DNA from: Gammaproteobacteria bacterium
GTDB taxonomy: Bacteria > Pseudomonadota > Gammaproteobacteria > SZUA-229
Assembly (NCBI GenBank): GCA_041589455.1
Contig: JBFHVQ010000006.1
Span: forward strand, 1 to 61,477
Length of the DNA stretch: 61,477 bases
Direction: 5' to 3'
The translations under genes and the position numbers were made by a program. The notes below the pieces were generated by a model, which saw only the letters and a list, made by a program, of their open reading frames with translations, was not told the origin of the DNA and made no database searches. Within the stretch, counting starts at the first letter, position 1, and the number at the start of each line of letters is the position of its first letter. Positions 52,121-61,477 of the stretch are shown piece after piece.

Positions 52121-53331
52121 CACATTCCAGTATTGCTAGCTGGTGGCATCGTCAAGACCTTTGTTACATAGATAATACACTACAGTTTGCTGCTCGGCAG
52201 GTGACCGAGCTGGCAAGCCAGTTTGCGACGCCAGCGTTTTACTATAATGCAAACCGCGTGACTGAAAAATTAAGTGATCTCCATGCAGCTCTGGAAAGCG
52301 CAGGATTTAGCGGACGTTTTAAAATCCACTATGCGATGAAAGCTAACCGCTTTGCCCCATTGTTAACGCATATGAAACAAACGGGCCTGTGCGGTATCGA
52401 CGCCTGCTCACCAGCAGAAGTTGAACATGCAATCAGCTGTGGATTTGCGCCATCGGATATCTCCTTTACCGCGACCAGTCTTTCCAGGACCGACCTGCAA
52501 CAGCTAAGCCAACTCAAGGACGTGTTTATTAACTGTGACTCGCTACACACCATCCGTAATATTGGAAAATTATGTCCAGGGCGCAATATTGGTATCAGGG
52601 TAAATCCAGAAATCGGTATTGGCTATGCCGATAATGAGAAGCTCCGTTATAGCAGTAAGGCCAGTACTAAATTTGGTATCTATAGAGAACAGTTCCAGGA
52701 TGCGATTGAGCTAGCCAGACAGTATGATTTGAAGATCACTAAAATACACTTCCATACTGGTTGTGGTTACCTGACTCAACAACTGGAACAATGGGACAAT
52801 ATCATCGAGGCCTGCTCCTGGTTTATTAAACAGATTGATACCATTACCGCTGTTAATGTTGGTGGAGGACTGGGGGTTCCACATACTGAATCGGACATCC
52901 CACTCGACCTTTCTATCTGGGCTGGGATCCTGGCTAAACATTTTGGCGATACGACATTTAATATTGAAATTGAGCCAGGTGATTATCTGGTCAAGGACTC
53001 TGGCATACTGCTACTGACAGTTAACTCTGTTGAGACAAAAAAGAGTACCTTATTTGTAGGTGTAGATGCTGGCTTTAATATCGCTGTTGAGCCAGCGGTA
53101 TATGGCCTGCCATTTTTACCGGTGCCAGTTAAGCTTAAACCGGGCAAAATGCAGACCTTAACGCTGGTTGGTAATATTAATGAGGCTCTGGATATATGGT
53201 ATCGCGATATAGAGTTACCGCCGGTAGCTGAAGACGATGTCATTGCCTTAATCAATGCAGGTGCTTATTCGTCATCTATGTCATCCAACCATTGTATGCG
53301 TGGCAAGTTTAAGGAGTTTTTACTCTTTTAA
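52117..53331 (+). CDS. Fold-III PLP decarboxylase, LysA-like but atypical
   Basis: YAMKAN (PLP Lys), KFG, HFHTG, NVGGG, EPG, AGAYSSSM; ATGA overlap with the SET gene. Confidence 0.85.
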   Translation: MTHSSIASWWHRQDLCYIDNTLQFAARQVTELASQFATPAFYYNANRVTEKLSDLHAALESAGFSGRFKIHYAMKANRFAPLLTHMKQTGLCGIDACSPAEVEHAISCGFAPSDISFTATSLSRTDLQQLSQLKDVFINCDSLHTIRNIGKLCPGRNIGIRVNPEIGIGYADNEKLRYSSKASTKFGIYREQFQDAIELARQYDLKITKIHFHTGCGYLTQQLEQWDNIIEACSWFIKQIDTITAVNVGGGLGVPHTESDIPLDLSIWAGILAKHFGDTTFNIEIEPGDYLVKDSGILLLTVNSVETKKSTLFVGVDAGFNIAVEPAVYGLPFLPVPVKLKPGKMQTLTLVGNINEALDIWYRDIELPPVAEDDVIALINAGAYSSSMSSNHCMRGKFKEFLLF

Positions 53332-53365
53332 TCAGTGAACCCTGTCAGATATAGGTGTCTGATTT

Positions 53366-53977
53366 TTACGCACCTATATCTATCCTTCCCATGAACAGGA
53401 TCTTTGCAGAAGCAATTCTTTCATAAAGCTTTAATTTCCTGATATGCGGTGGCCAGTTAATTAGAAAGGTCGCCATGGCATTCCATAATGACACCCAGGC
53501 TGCAATTGTCGTACCTTCTGAAAAAACATGACCCATCACTGTCTCAGTCATGGTTTCATATTGATTAAGCCATAACGAGACTAACAACATAAATACACCA
53601 ATCAAAAGCAATATCAGTGAACTCTGTTTCATACCTAGCCATTTACGCGACTCAAGACCATGTCGATATCTAAAATAATTATCAATGCTTGCTGTTAGCC
53701 GAACCTGTAAGTCCGCACTGGGTAAATCCCTGAGAGCAAACTGAATAACAAATTTCTCATTGCCAATTTCACTAATTGATTCCGTAATATAATCAACAAT
53801 ATCCTGGTCCAGTTCTTTTTTACTGTATGGCGTACAACGATCAAAGTCATTATATAGATCGGAGACTTTATCCACACTTATTACCAGTATGAGTTCACCA
53901 GCATCATTACGTTCATAACGTTCAAGTATCTCTTTTTTCATAATTCCACATATAATAGAAACAATCATTCCTGACAT
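53366..53977 (-). CDS. Hypothetical membrane protein
   Basis: Soluble N-terminal domain (DLYNDFD...ELDQDIVDYI) plus two TMs (EGTTIAAWVSLW). Start may be 53941. Confidence 0.7.
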   Translation of the reverse strand: MSGMIVSIICGIMKKEILERYERNDAGELILVISVDKVSDLYNDFDRCTPYSKKELDQDIVDYITESISEIGNEKFVIQFALRDLPSADLQVRLTASIDNYFRYRHGLESRKWLGMKQSSLILLLIGVFMLLVSLWLNQYETMTETVMGHVFSEGTTIAAWVSLWNAMATFLINWPPHIRKLKLYERIASAKILFMGRIDIGA

Positions 53978-54450
53978 ATATATCGCCTAACCACTAATTA
54001 CAATAGTCTGGATATATATTTTCGATCTTAAAAAAACATCAATTTTGATGCGATAAAGACCCGTTTAACCATTCAAAAACCGCCTCATATTTTTCTGCTT
54101 ATTGACACCCTGTGCATAAGGCACCTTTAATTAGAGGAGTGCCCTCAACTCAAAGCACGATATACCAGGCGCATCAATCCTCTCAATGGTTAATAAGCAG
54201 GTTTCTGATCAGATGCCCAGAATATGTACACCGGTGATATTCAAGAAAGACATTTATTAACCCTGCTCCATTATCATGATCTTGTTATATATGGATCGAG
54301 AACATCAAATTAATCAAAAAATCAGATCGTGACATGCTGTTTTATTTGCTTTACAGAATTTCATAAATCCAATAAAAATCTTCCGCATCGAGCCAGTCAA
54401 AAGACAATCAGCAACGAAATCACCTCAACATCACTCTGGGAGAACCAATT

Positions 54451-54675
54451 ATGAAATACACGACAACTATGGCATTTATCATGCTCAACATCGCAATATC
54501 AACAAGCCATGCACTTGAAACAGAAGAACAGACTGCCGAACAGGAAATCGTCAGCTACTGCCAGCAGCAGGCCGAGCTAGCTGAAATTCAGCAGCCACAG
54601 GAAAAGGCTTTATATATTGATGACTGTGTGAAGAGCTTCACCTCTCAGTATCAAGTTGAGCCAGTGACTGAATGA
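54451..54675 (+). CDS. Small exported acidic protein with two Cys
   Basis: GGGAG RBS; signal peptide ending SHA; YCQQQA...YIDDC. Confidence 0.65.
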   Translation: MKYTTTMAFIMLNIAISTSHALETEEQTAEQEIVSYCQQQAELAEIQQPQEKALYIDDCVKSFTSQYQVEPVTE

Positions 54676-54682
54676 TTTGAAT

Positions 54683-54794
54683 ATATTATGCGGCATCAGC
54701 TACTTGTTCAAGCCTATCACTAATAGACCTGAACACGCATAATATCTCTCAATAGCCAGCGGGCTCTTACTCCCTGTTTTAGTACGCTGGCTAT
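54683..54794. repeat. Two adjacent inverted repeats
   Basis: ATATTATGCG(54683-92)/CGCATAATAT(54736-45) enclosing TGTTCA/TGAACA; ATAGCCAGCG(54752-61)/CGCTGGCTAT(54785-94). Confidence 0.6.
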
Positions 54795-54969
54795 ATCCCA
54801 TCATAAGCTTCAGCAATATCACACTAGCCCTGTTATTCTCAACGCATAGTTTGAGGCTCTCATATCACAGTTTGTAGATTACTTGATACTACTATCGATC
54901 ACCTTCTCTGCGAGATGATTTTATTGACGATTAATTAAGGTTATCATAGATCCAACAAGCACTTACTGA

Positions 54970-57264
54970 ATGTTATCTATGGGCACTACAATTTTTAATG
55001 CACTGAAAACAATTATACAGGCCGTTAACGACGCATCAGATTTGACGGAGGCGTTAAATATTGTTGTGCAAGCGACACGTAAGGCGCTTAAAGCTGACGT
55101 AGTATCAGTGTATTACCGTGAAATCCAGTCAGGTGAACTAATTCTAATGGCAACTGACGGCCTCAATGCCAACGCGATAGGAAAAATTCGTTTCCCACCG
55201 AACAAGGGTCTGGTAAGTCTGGTAATGAATCAGGCTGAACCCATTAATATCGCAGATGCGCATGTACACCCTAATTACTGCTACGTCCAGGAGACTGACG
55301 AAATATCTTTTCATGGTTTTCTTGGTATCCCGATTATTCATCAACGTCAAACATTAGGCGTGTTGGTCGTCAGACACAAACAGAAGAAGCGCTTTTCATC
55401 CGCACAAGAGACCTTTCTCATCACACTGGCGGCTCAACTGGCTGGCGCCATCTCTTATGCATCACAGAAAGGTGAACTAAGTCACTGGCTCTCAAGTGTC
55501 GAAGGACAGTCATTCTCTATGCAGGGTTTAAGTGGTTCCCCGGGCTATGCAATTGCCAGTGCGCACATTGTTATTGCGACGGCTAATCTCGATGCTGTTC
55601 CAGACAGCAACATATCAAACACACAGATTGAGAGTGAAATAAAATCTCTGGAACATGCAATAACACAGGTTGAACTTGAGTATAGACAGTTATCTGAACG
55701 CATGTCAGACGTCCTGCCAAAAGAAGAACTGGCGCTATTCGAGGTATTCATTTTGATGCTTCGAAGCGAATCACTAATAGATAGTATTAAAAATAGAATT
55801 CATGCCGGACAGTGGGCACAGGCAGCCTTAAGGGACACCATAGCCGAGCACGTTAAACAGTTTGAACAGATGGAAGATGCCTATTTCCGTGAACGGGCTG
55901 TCGATATAAAAGACCTTGGCCGGCGCATACTTCTACACCTGCAAATGCAGCAGCCGAGCGTAAATAGTATTAGCGAGCCAGTTATCCTGGCAGGTGAAGA
56001 GGTCTATGTCTCACACCTCTCAGATATACCCGTTCATTTACTCGCAGGGATTGTTGCTATGCGCGGAGCAACGTCCTCGCATATAGCTATACTGGCCAGG
56101 GCGCTTGGTATCCCCTGTATAATGGGTGTCGATAATTTACCCTTACAGCGCATCAAAGGTGAAACACTGTTACTTGATGGCTATAGTGGCCAGTTATTTA
56201 TCAGGCCTTCACATCAGATTCATCAGGAATATCTGCAACTCATTGATGCCGATAAAAAACTGAATGAGAATCTTAATAAACTGATTAACAAACCCTCACA
56301 TACACTGGATGATGTTCATATACCACTGTATGTCAACACAGGACTATTATCAGACATCGGCCCATCACTCAAAAGTGGCGCTGAAGGCGTTGGTCTATAT
56401 CGCACTGAAATTCCATTCCTGCTCCACGATGGGTTTCCCAGTGAAGATGAACAGGTAAAAATTTATCAGCAGGTACTCAAAAGCTTTAGCCCTCGGCCTG
56501 TAACCTTTCGGACACTGGATATTGGTGGTGATAAATCACTCCCCTACTTTCCAATTACGGAAGACAATCCATTTCTTGGGTGGCGCGGTATTCGTATTAT
56601 GCTGGATCATCCTGAGATTTTTATCACCCAGATCAGAGCCATACTTCGAGCTAACCTGACTACCAGTAACCTGAAGCTGATGTTACCCATGATCAGCGAC
56701 ATTTCTGAAGTTGATACCACACTGGAACTGATCAGAAAGTCATATGATGAACTATCAGAAGACTTCAAGGACCTGCCTTATCCAGAAATTGGCATCATGA
56801 TTGAAGTCCCCTCCGCGATATATCAAATACCGGCCATTGCAAAACGTGTCGATTTTTTTTCAATTGGTAGCAATGACCTGACTCAATATTTACTGGCTGT
56901 CGACAGAAACAACAAACAGGTTGCTGATCTTTATAACAGCCTGCACCCTTCCGTTCTCATGGCGATCAAACAGATAGTTGATCAGGCACATCAATATAAC
57001 AAGCCCGTCAGTGTTTGCGGCGAAATGGCGGGCGACCCTGTTTCAGCGCTCGCATTACTGGGACTTAACGTGGATAGCATGAGTATGAGTGCCAGCAGCT
57101 TACTGAAAGTTAAAAGCCTGATACGTTCATTTAGCAGGCAACAAGCCAATGAGCTTAGTTTACAGGCACTAAAGATGGAGTCTAGCCAGCAGATACAGAA
57201 ATTATTTAATGACGCAATTATCAGTGCGGGCCACGGAGATCTGGTTCACAACCACAACCGCTAA
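54970..57264 (+). CDS. ptsP: Enzyme I-Ntr (GAF plus PEP-protein phosphotransferase)
   Basis: N-terminal GAF; SHIAILAR phospho-His; GVGLYRTE; SIGSNDLTQY; VCGEMA. Confidence 0.95.
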   Translation: MLSMGTTIFNALKTIIQAVNDASDLTEALNIVVQATRKALKADVVSVYYREIQSGELILMATDGLNANAIGKIRFPPNKGLVSLVMNQAEPINIADAHVHPNYCYVQETDEISFHGFLGIPIIHQRQTLGVLVVRHKQKKRFSSAQETFLITLAAQLAGAISYASQKGELSHWLSSVEGQSFSMQGLSGSPGYAIASAHIVIATANLDAVPDSNISNTQIESEIKSLEHAITQVELEYRQLSERMSDVLPKEELALFEVFILMLRSESLIDSIKNRIHAGQWAQAALRDTIAEHVKQFEQMEDAYFRERAVDIKDLGRRILLHLQMQQPSVNSISEPVILAGEEVYVSHLSDIPVHLLAGIVAMRGATSSHIAILARALGIPCIMGVDNLPLQRIKGETLLLDGYSGQLFIRPSHQIHQEYLQLIDADKKLNENLNKLINKPSHTLDDVHIPLYVNTGLLSDIGPSLKSGAEGVGLYRTEIPFLLHDGFPSEDEQVKIYQQVLKSFSPRPVTFRTLDIGGDKSLPYFPITEDNPFLGWRGIRIMLDHPEIFITQIRAILRANLTTSNLKLMLPMISDISEVDTTLELIRKSYDELSEDFKDLPYPEIGIMIEVPSAIYQIPAIAKRVDFFSIGSNDLTQYLLAVDRNNKQVADLYNSLHPSVLMAIKQIVDQAHQYNKPVSVCGEMAGDPVSALALLGLNVDSMSMSASSLLKVKSLIRSFSRQQANELSLQALKMESSQQIQKLFNDAIISAGHGDLVHNHNR

Positions 57265-57458
57265 TTATTGCTTTGACAGAACAATAAACACTATCCAAAC
57301 CTGTCAGCTCACACTACAATATTGTTATTCAATAGTTTATCGGCCTGAAGAATCTGTTTGTATTTAGCACCAAACTTCAAGGATGCTTCGAGTAAATATC
57401 TAAAAGATTAATGACTGTCGCGTGAGTAACACACACCGTGGTCCGGAGACAAACCATA

Positions 57459-58364
57459 ATGAAAATTGCAATTTTATCTCGCAATAGAAAACTTTACTCC
57501 ACGCGTCGCCTTGTAGAAGCCTGTGAACAACGGGGTCACGAACCCATGGTACTGGACGTATTGCGTAGCTATATGGATATTGCATCCAGCAAACCACAGG
57601 CACATTTCAAAGGTAAGGAATTACCTCATTTCGATGCCGTGATACCACGAATAGGTGCATCCATTACTTTCTACGGTACAGCCGCACTTCGACAGTTCGA
57701 AATGATGGGTGCATTCCCGTTAAATGAATCGGTAGCCATCTCACGCTCACGGGATAAACTACGCTCCCTACAATTACTCTCACGCAAGGGCGTTGGACTA
57801 CCAAACACCGGTTTCGCACATAACCCGGATGACATTCAGGACTTGATCAAAATGGTCGGTGGCGCACCACTCGTAGTCAAACTGCTTGAGGGAACCCAGG
57901 GCATTGGTGTTGTACTCGCAGAAACCAAAAAAGCAGCAGAAAGTGTTATCGAAGCTTTTATGGGTCTCAAGGTCAATATCCTGGTGCAGGAATACATAAA
58001 AGAAGCCAGCGGTGCAGACATTCGCTGCCTGGTTATTGGTAATAAGGTTGTTGCCGCAATGAAGCGACAGGCACAAGCAGGTGAGTTTCGCTCTAATCTG
58101 CACCGCGGTGGTTCTGCTTCACTTGTCAAAATAACACCCGCAGAACGAGCAACAGCGGTCAAAGCGGCTAAAGTTATGGGCCTGAATGTGGCAGGCGTTG
58201 ACCTGTTACGTTCCGAACGTGGACCACTTGTAATGGAAGTTAACTCCTCTCCAGGGCTGGAGGGCATTGAACATGCCACAGGAAAAGATGTTGCCGGAAT
58301 GATCATCGAATTTATTGAAAAAAATGCCAAACCTCATAATACTCGCACTAAAGGCAAAGGCTAA
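57459..58364 (+). CDS. rimK: RimK ATP-grasp glutamate ligase
   Basis: [40 protein letters not shown]; start ATG 57459. Confidence 0.95.
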   Translation: MKIAILSRNRKLYSTRRLVEACEQRGHEPMVLDVLRSYMDIASSKPQAHFKGKELPHFDAVIPRIGASITFYGTAALRQFEMMGAFPLNESVAISRSRDKLRSLQLLSRKGVGLPNTGFAHNPDDIQDLIKMVGGAPLVVKLLEGTQGIGVVLAETKKAAESVIEAFMGLKVNILVQEYIKEASGADIRCLVIGNKVVAAMKRQAQAGEFRSNLHRGGSASLVKITPAERATAVKAAKVMGLNVAGVDLLRSERGPLVMEVNSSPGLEGIEHATGKDVAGMIIEFIEKNAKPHNTRTKGKG

Positions 58365-58367
58365 GTG

Positions 58368-59426
58368 ATGAAAAACTCAGACCTGGTCATCAATGGCATC
58401 AACATTAAACCAGGTACACGTACCACAATTGATTTACCCGCAGCCCGCCTATACACCCATGCGCCAATGTCGATACCGGTACATGTGATTAGTGGCAAAA
58501 AAAGCGGGCCTCGACTGTTTCTCAGCGCCGCTATTCATGGCGATGAAATTAATGGTGTTGAAATTATTCGAAGGCTTCTGAAACTTCCTGCGCTGAAGCG
58601 AATCAATGGAACTATTATCGCTGTGCCCATGGTTAATGTTCACGGCCTGATTAATCACTCACGCTATCTTCCAGACAGGCGTGATTTAAACCGTTCTTTC
58701 CCCGGTTCCGAGAAAGGCCCACTTGCATCGAGACTGGCGCATCTGTTTATGACAGAAATAGTCGAGAAAAGCACCCACGGTATCGATATACATACCGGTG
58801 CTATTCATCGTACCAATCTGCCACAGATTCGTGCAAACCTTGATGATGAAGAAACTGACAAACTGGCCAGAGCTTTCGATGTACCGGTGGTTATTTCATC
58901 GAATCTACGTGATGGCTCACTGAGGGAAGCTGCCGCTGAATTTGGTATACCGATGCTTCTCTATGAAGCAGGCGAAGCACTACGCTTTGATGAAGTGTCT
59001 ATACGTGCCGGTGTGAAAGGCATCGTCAATGTTATGAGAATGCTTGAAATGCTACCTGTCAGCAAAAGCAAGAAATCATCTCGCAAAAATCTCGAACCCG
59101 TTGTTGCACGCTCCAGTTCCTGGGCACGAGCACCGGATAGTGGCATTCTGCGTGCCATGGTTCCACTGGGAGGACGAGTCAAAAAAGGCACCTTACTGGG
59201 CGTCGTCGCTGACCCATTTGGTGAAACAGAATCGAATGTTACTAGCCCATTCAGCGGTATTGTCATAGGTCGAACGAATTTGCCGCTGGTTAATGAAGGT
59301 GATGCCTTATATCACATCGCAAGATTTGAAGACATTCAGGAGGTAGAAGCAAAAGTCGATTATTTCCAGGATGAACATTCACCAGAACCTATACCTTACC
59401 CAACGCCTGAAAGCCCGATAATTTAG
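58368..59426 (+). CDS. Succinylglutamate desuccinylase/aspartoacylase-family (M14-like) hydrolase
   Basis: HGDE, DLNRSF, DIHTG, YEAG; C-terminal lipoyl-like domain. Confidence 0.88.
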   Translation: MKNSDLVINGINIKPGTRTTIDLPAARLYTHAPMSIPVHVISGKKSGPRLFLSAAIHGDEINGVEIIRRLLKLPALKRINGTIIAVPMVNVHGLINHSRYLPDRRDLNRSFPGSEKGPLASRLAHLFMTEIVEKSTHGIDIHTGAIHRTNLPQIRANLDDEETDKLARAFDVPVVISSNLRDGSLREAAAEFGIPMLLYEAGEALRFDEVSIRAGVKGIVNVMRMLEMLPVSKSKKSSRKNLEPVVARSSSWARAPDSGILRAMVPLGGRVKKGTLLGVVADPFGETESNVTSPFSGIVIGRTNLPLVNEGDALYHIARFEDIQEVEAKVDYFQDEHSPEPIPYPTPESPII

Positions 59427-59462
59427 GTTCGTAATCTCAATTAATACAAGCTCAATTTGCAC

Positions 59463-59485
59463 TGTGCTGAAATTAGTTCAGCACA
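59463..59485. terminator. Hairpin after the rimK operon
   Basis: TGTGCTGAA-ATTAG-TTCAGCACA; no clear U tract. Confidence 0.45.
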
Positions 59486-59828
59486 TGAGCTAACTCGTTC
59501 ATATTGACAGATGATCCGCGTGTATAAAAACCAGCCAATGAGATCGCAACTTACTTTAAACCTTCTCCTCTGACATCCACCTTTGATAGACTCTCAATCT
59601 TGAATCCGGGCTTTTTTACTCGCCCTTAAAGTGGAATCCTTATTATTTGCTTTATGGTGGGTGACCTAATTATTTAATATTTCCTAGATAAACTACCCGT
59701 ACATTCGTCCTGAAACTCAGGAAATATCGTGAACAGTGACAATCGACAAGCTAATTAATTCTGACTGCCACCGCCCTTTTTCATTTCAGTTCTCATATTC
59801 TGTAACCAGACTAGAACCTTTAGACAAG

Positions 59829-60710
59829 CTAATACATATTTAGCTTATCGATCACGCGATCTTTAATATCTTCAAAATCAGGCTCACTGATTCCGAGAAA
59901 ATTAAAAATCCCCTGCTTAATCGTACTCCACTCGTTATCCACAATATCCTTACCCAGGGTGATATGGATTTTTGAAATATGCTCAGCCATTTTGAGTATC
60001 GCCAGCATGGTATCCGCCTCGGTGCCATGTTCGTGCCTATCAAAGGTCAGACGCTCAAAGTTATGGTGATCACGGATAGCAATTCGCATTGCTTCTGGCA
60101 ATTTCCAGCTACGCGACACCATATAACCCAGCACTGCATGGTTAGTGGAGTACTGTTTATTCTCATAATCGGTGATACGCACATTGTCAGCATTATAGGC
60201 TCGCTGCATAACATCCTGATAATCGGCATGCTTGCTCATCAATATCGGAATGCCGCAATTGTGAAACAGGCCGAGTGTATAGGCATCATCGGTTGAGCCA
60301 AAGCCCAGCTCATGCACCAGTGTTGCAGCGCTATTGGCAACATCCTGAGCTGACTGCCAGAAATCGCTGAGATCCTGACCACTGAACTGCCCCGCCTGCG
60401 CCTGCAATAGCTGACACTGTACAATATTCTTAACTGCCTTAAGACCCAGCAGCATCGCGGCCTGACGGATCGAGGTAATCTGATTAGCCAGGCCGTAATA
60501 GGGAGAATTAATCGTCTGCAATAACCCCGAGGACAATGCGACATCCTCGCTAATAATTTCGGCGATTGCAGTGAGATCATCCCCGGCTGACTGTATTTTC
60601 GACAGCACATGGGGCTGGGGTGGAATATTATAATGTTTTAACAAACGATCAAGCTCAGCCGTATCAAGTTCCTTGATCTGGGCTGCTGAATCTACCGTAA
60701 CCTGTGTCAT
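59829..60710 (-). CDS. HDOD-domain protein
   Basis: IPPQP, INSPYYGL...SIRQAAMLLG, GLFHNCG, HAVLGY...W.LP. Confidence 0.9.
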   Translation of the reverse strand: MTQVTVDSAAQIKELDTAELDRLLKHYNIPPQPHVLSKIQSAGDDLTAIAEIISEDVALSSGLLQTINSPYYGLANQITSIRQAAMLLGLKAVKNIVQCQLLQAQAGQFSGQDLSDFWQSAQDVANSAATLVHELGFGSTDDAYTLGLFHNCGIPILMSKHADYQDVMQRAYNADNVRITDYENKQYSTNHAVLGYMVSRSWKLPEAMRIAIRDHHNFERLTFDRHEHGTEADTMLAILKMAEHISKIHITLGKDIVDNEWSTIKQGIFNFLGISEPDFEDIKDRVIDKLNMY

Positions 60711-61007
60711 ATCACCTTCTTAATAATGAATATGAATACCCGACTATGAGTATAGTCAAGACGGGTCGAAGGATTATAAAGATTTGCTTAGAAAATGATT
60801 TTCGAGCCTGTGTGGCTCCACACTGTTATCGAAACGCTGTACCAGCTGTGTACGAAACTATTTGTTGAGCACTATGGCTAATTTATGGATTAACAAAAGT
60901 ATAACTTGCCCGCTGCTCAGGAAATCGGATCTATTTATACTTCAGAGATGATTTCTGATTACAATCAGAATCAGCCATTTAAAATAATAAAAAGGCAGCT
61001 AATTGGC

Positions 61008-61477
61008 CACTGCTGTCCCACAGTTAGAGATAAATAACAAAGCCTGATTCCAAGTTATTACAATGTGAGTGCGAACAAACATCTGTAATAACAGGAGATC
61101 AGGCTTTGTCAAATCATAACACTGCTTTTCATCAGTTACTAAAGCCTTTATCGAGACATGAGTTTGATGGTTTAGCAAAAATCACATTTGAAAACAAAAA
61201 CTACGTTCAACCAGGAGCTGGGATCAGTTTATCCTATGTCGATGTCGAGGTTATCCAGCCGGAAAAGCCTCCGGAATATTGAGTCGAACTTGCAAGCTCT
61301 ATTCCTCATACACTTAGGCGCCAGACCAGCAACAAAGACAACACTTGCACAATTCAATGAAAAGCAGCCTTTTGAGTAATATCAATCCCTGTTTTATAAA
61401 CTGCTGGAATAACTTAAATCACCATCAGGGACTCACAAATTTAGATTTAAAAAATAACCTTATATTCACTGGTTACT
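61008..61477 (+). mobile_element. Degenerate IS4-family insertion sequence, left end (runs off window)
   Basis: Putative IRL CACTGCTGTCCCACAGTT at 61008, then an RBS-sequestering hairpin and a transposase remnant. Confidence 0.75.
61106..61477 (+). pseudogene. IS4-family (DUF4372 N-terminus) transposase pseudogene
   Basis: TTG 61106 gives MSNHNTAFHQLLKPLSRHEF. Frameshifted pieces continue KLRSTRSWDQF, SRKSLRNIESNL, HLGARP..KTTLA and HKFRFK. Stops at 61377-79 and 61410-12. Confidence 0.8.

Noticed and set aside
52117-53331. Naming this gene lysA
   Set aside because: The DAP-binding Arg residues and the catalytic Cys are substituted, so the symbol is withheld.
61188-61379. 63-aa ORF as an independent gene
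   Set aside because: It is one frame fragment of the IS4 transposase pseudogene.
1-61477. tRNA, rRNA, CRISPR arrays and prophage genes
   Set aside because: No cloverleaf or T-loop in intergenic DNA, no regularly spaced repeats and no phage hallmark ORFs seen by eye. A tRNAscan/Infernal run would be decisive.

Overview
A ~61 kb chromosomal window from a flagellated gammaproteobacterium. An RhdA-type sulfurtransferase, an exported tandem rhodanese, a SoxXA-binding-like lipoprotein and a Cys-containing cytochrome c suggest a marine sulfur oxidiser (inference). Most of it is core genome: cheV (partial), flgAMN, rpoE-rseABC-degP-lepAB-rnc-era-recO, nadB, orn, rsgA, speD-speE-ornithine decarboxylase, tadA, guaBA, xseA, dksA-gluQ, acs, pepN, dapCD, ptsP and rimK. 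An AT-rich accessory segment lies between dapD and ptsP (~49.25-54.95 kb), and a decayed IS4-family element sits at the right edge. The best candidate for an undescribed system is a translationally coupled two-gene operon at 51638-53331: a SET/post-SET methyltransferase plus a LysA-fold PLP enzyme whose DAP-binding arginines and catalytic Cys are replaced, which points to a methylated-amine or polyamine pathway. Other notable items are an attenuator-like leader before speD, an FNR class II promoter with a long leader, an adenylate cyclase-TM-SH3 protein paired with a lipoprotein, and a minimal membrane/4-Cys protein. I recognised no tRNA, rRNA or CRISPR array. All family calls come from motif recognition by eye; no searches were run.
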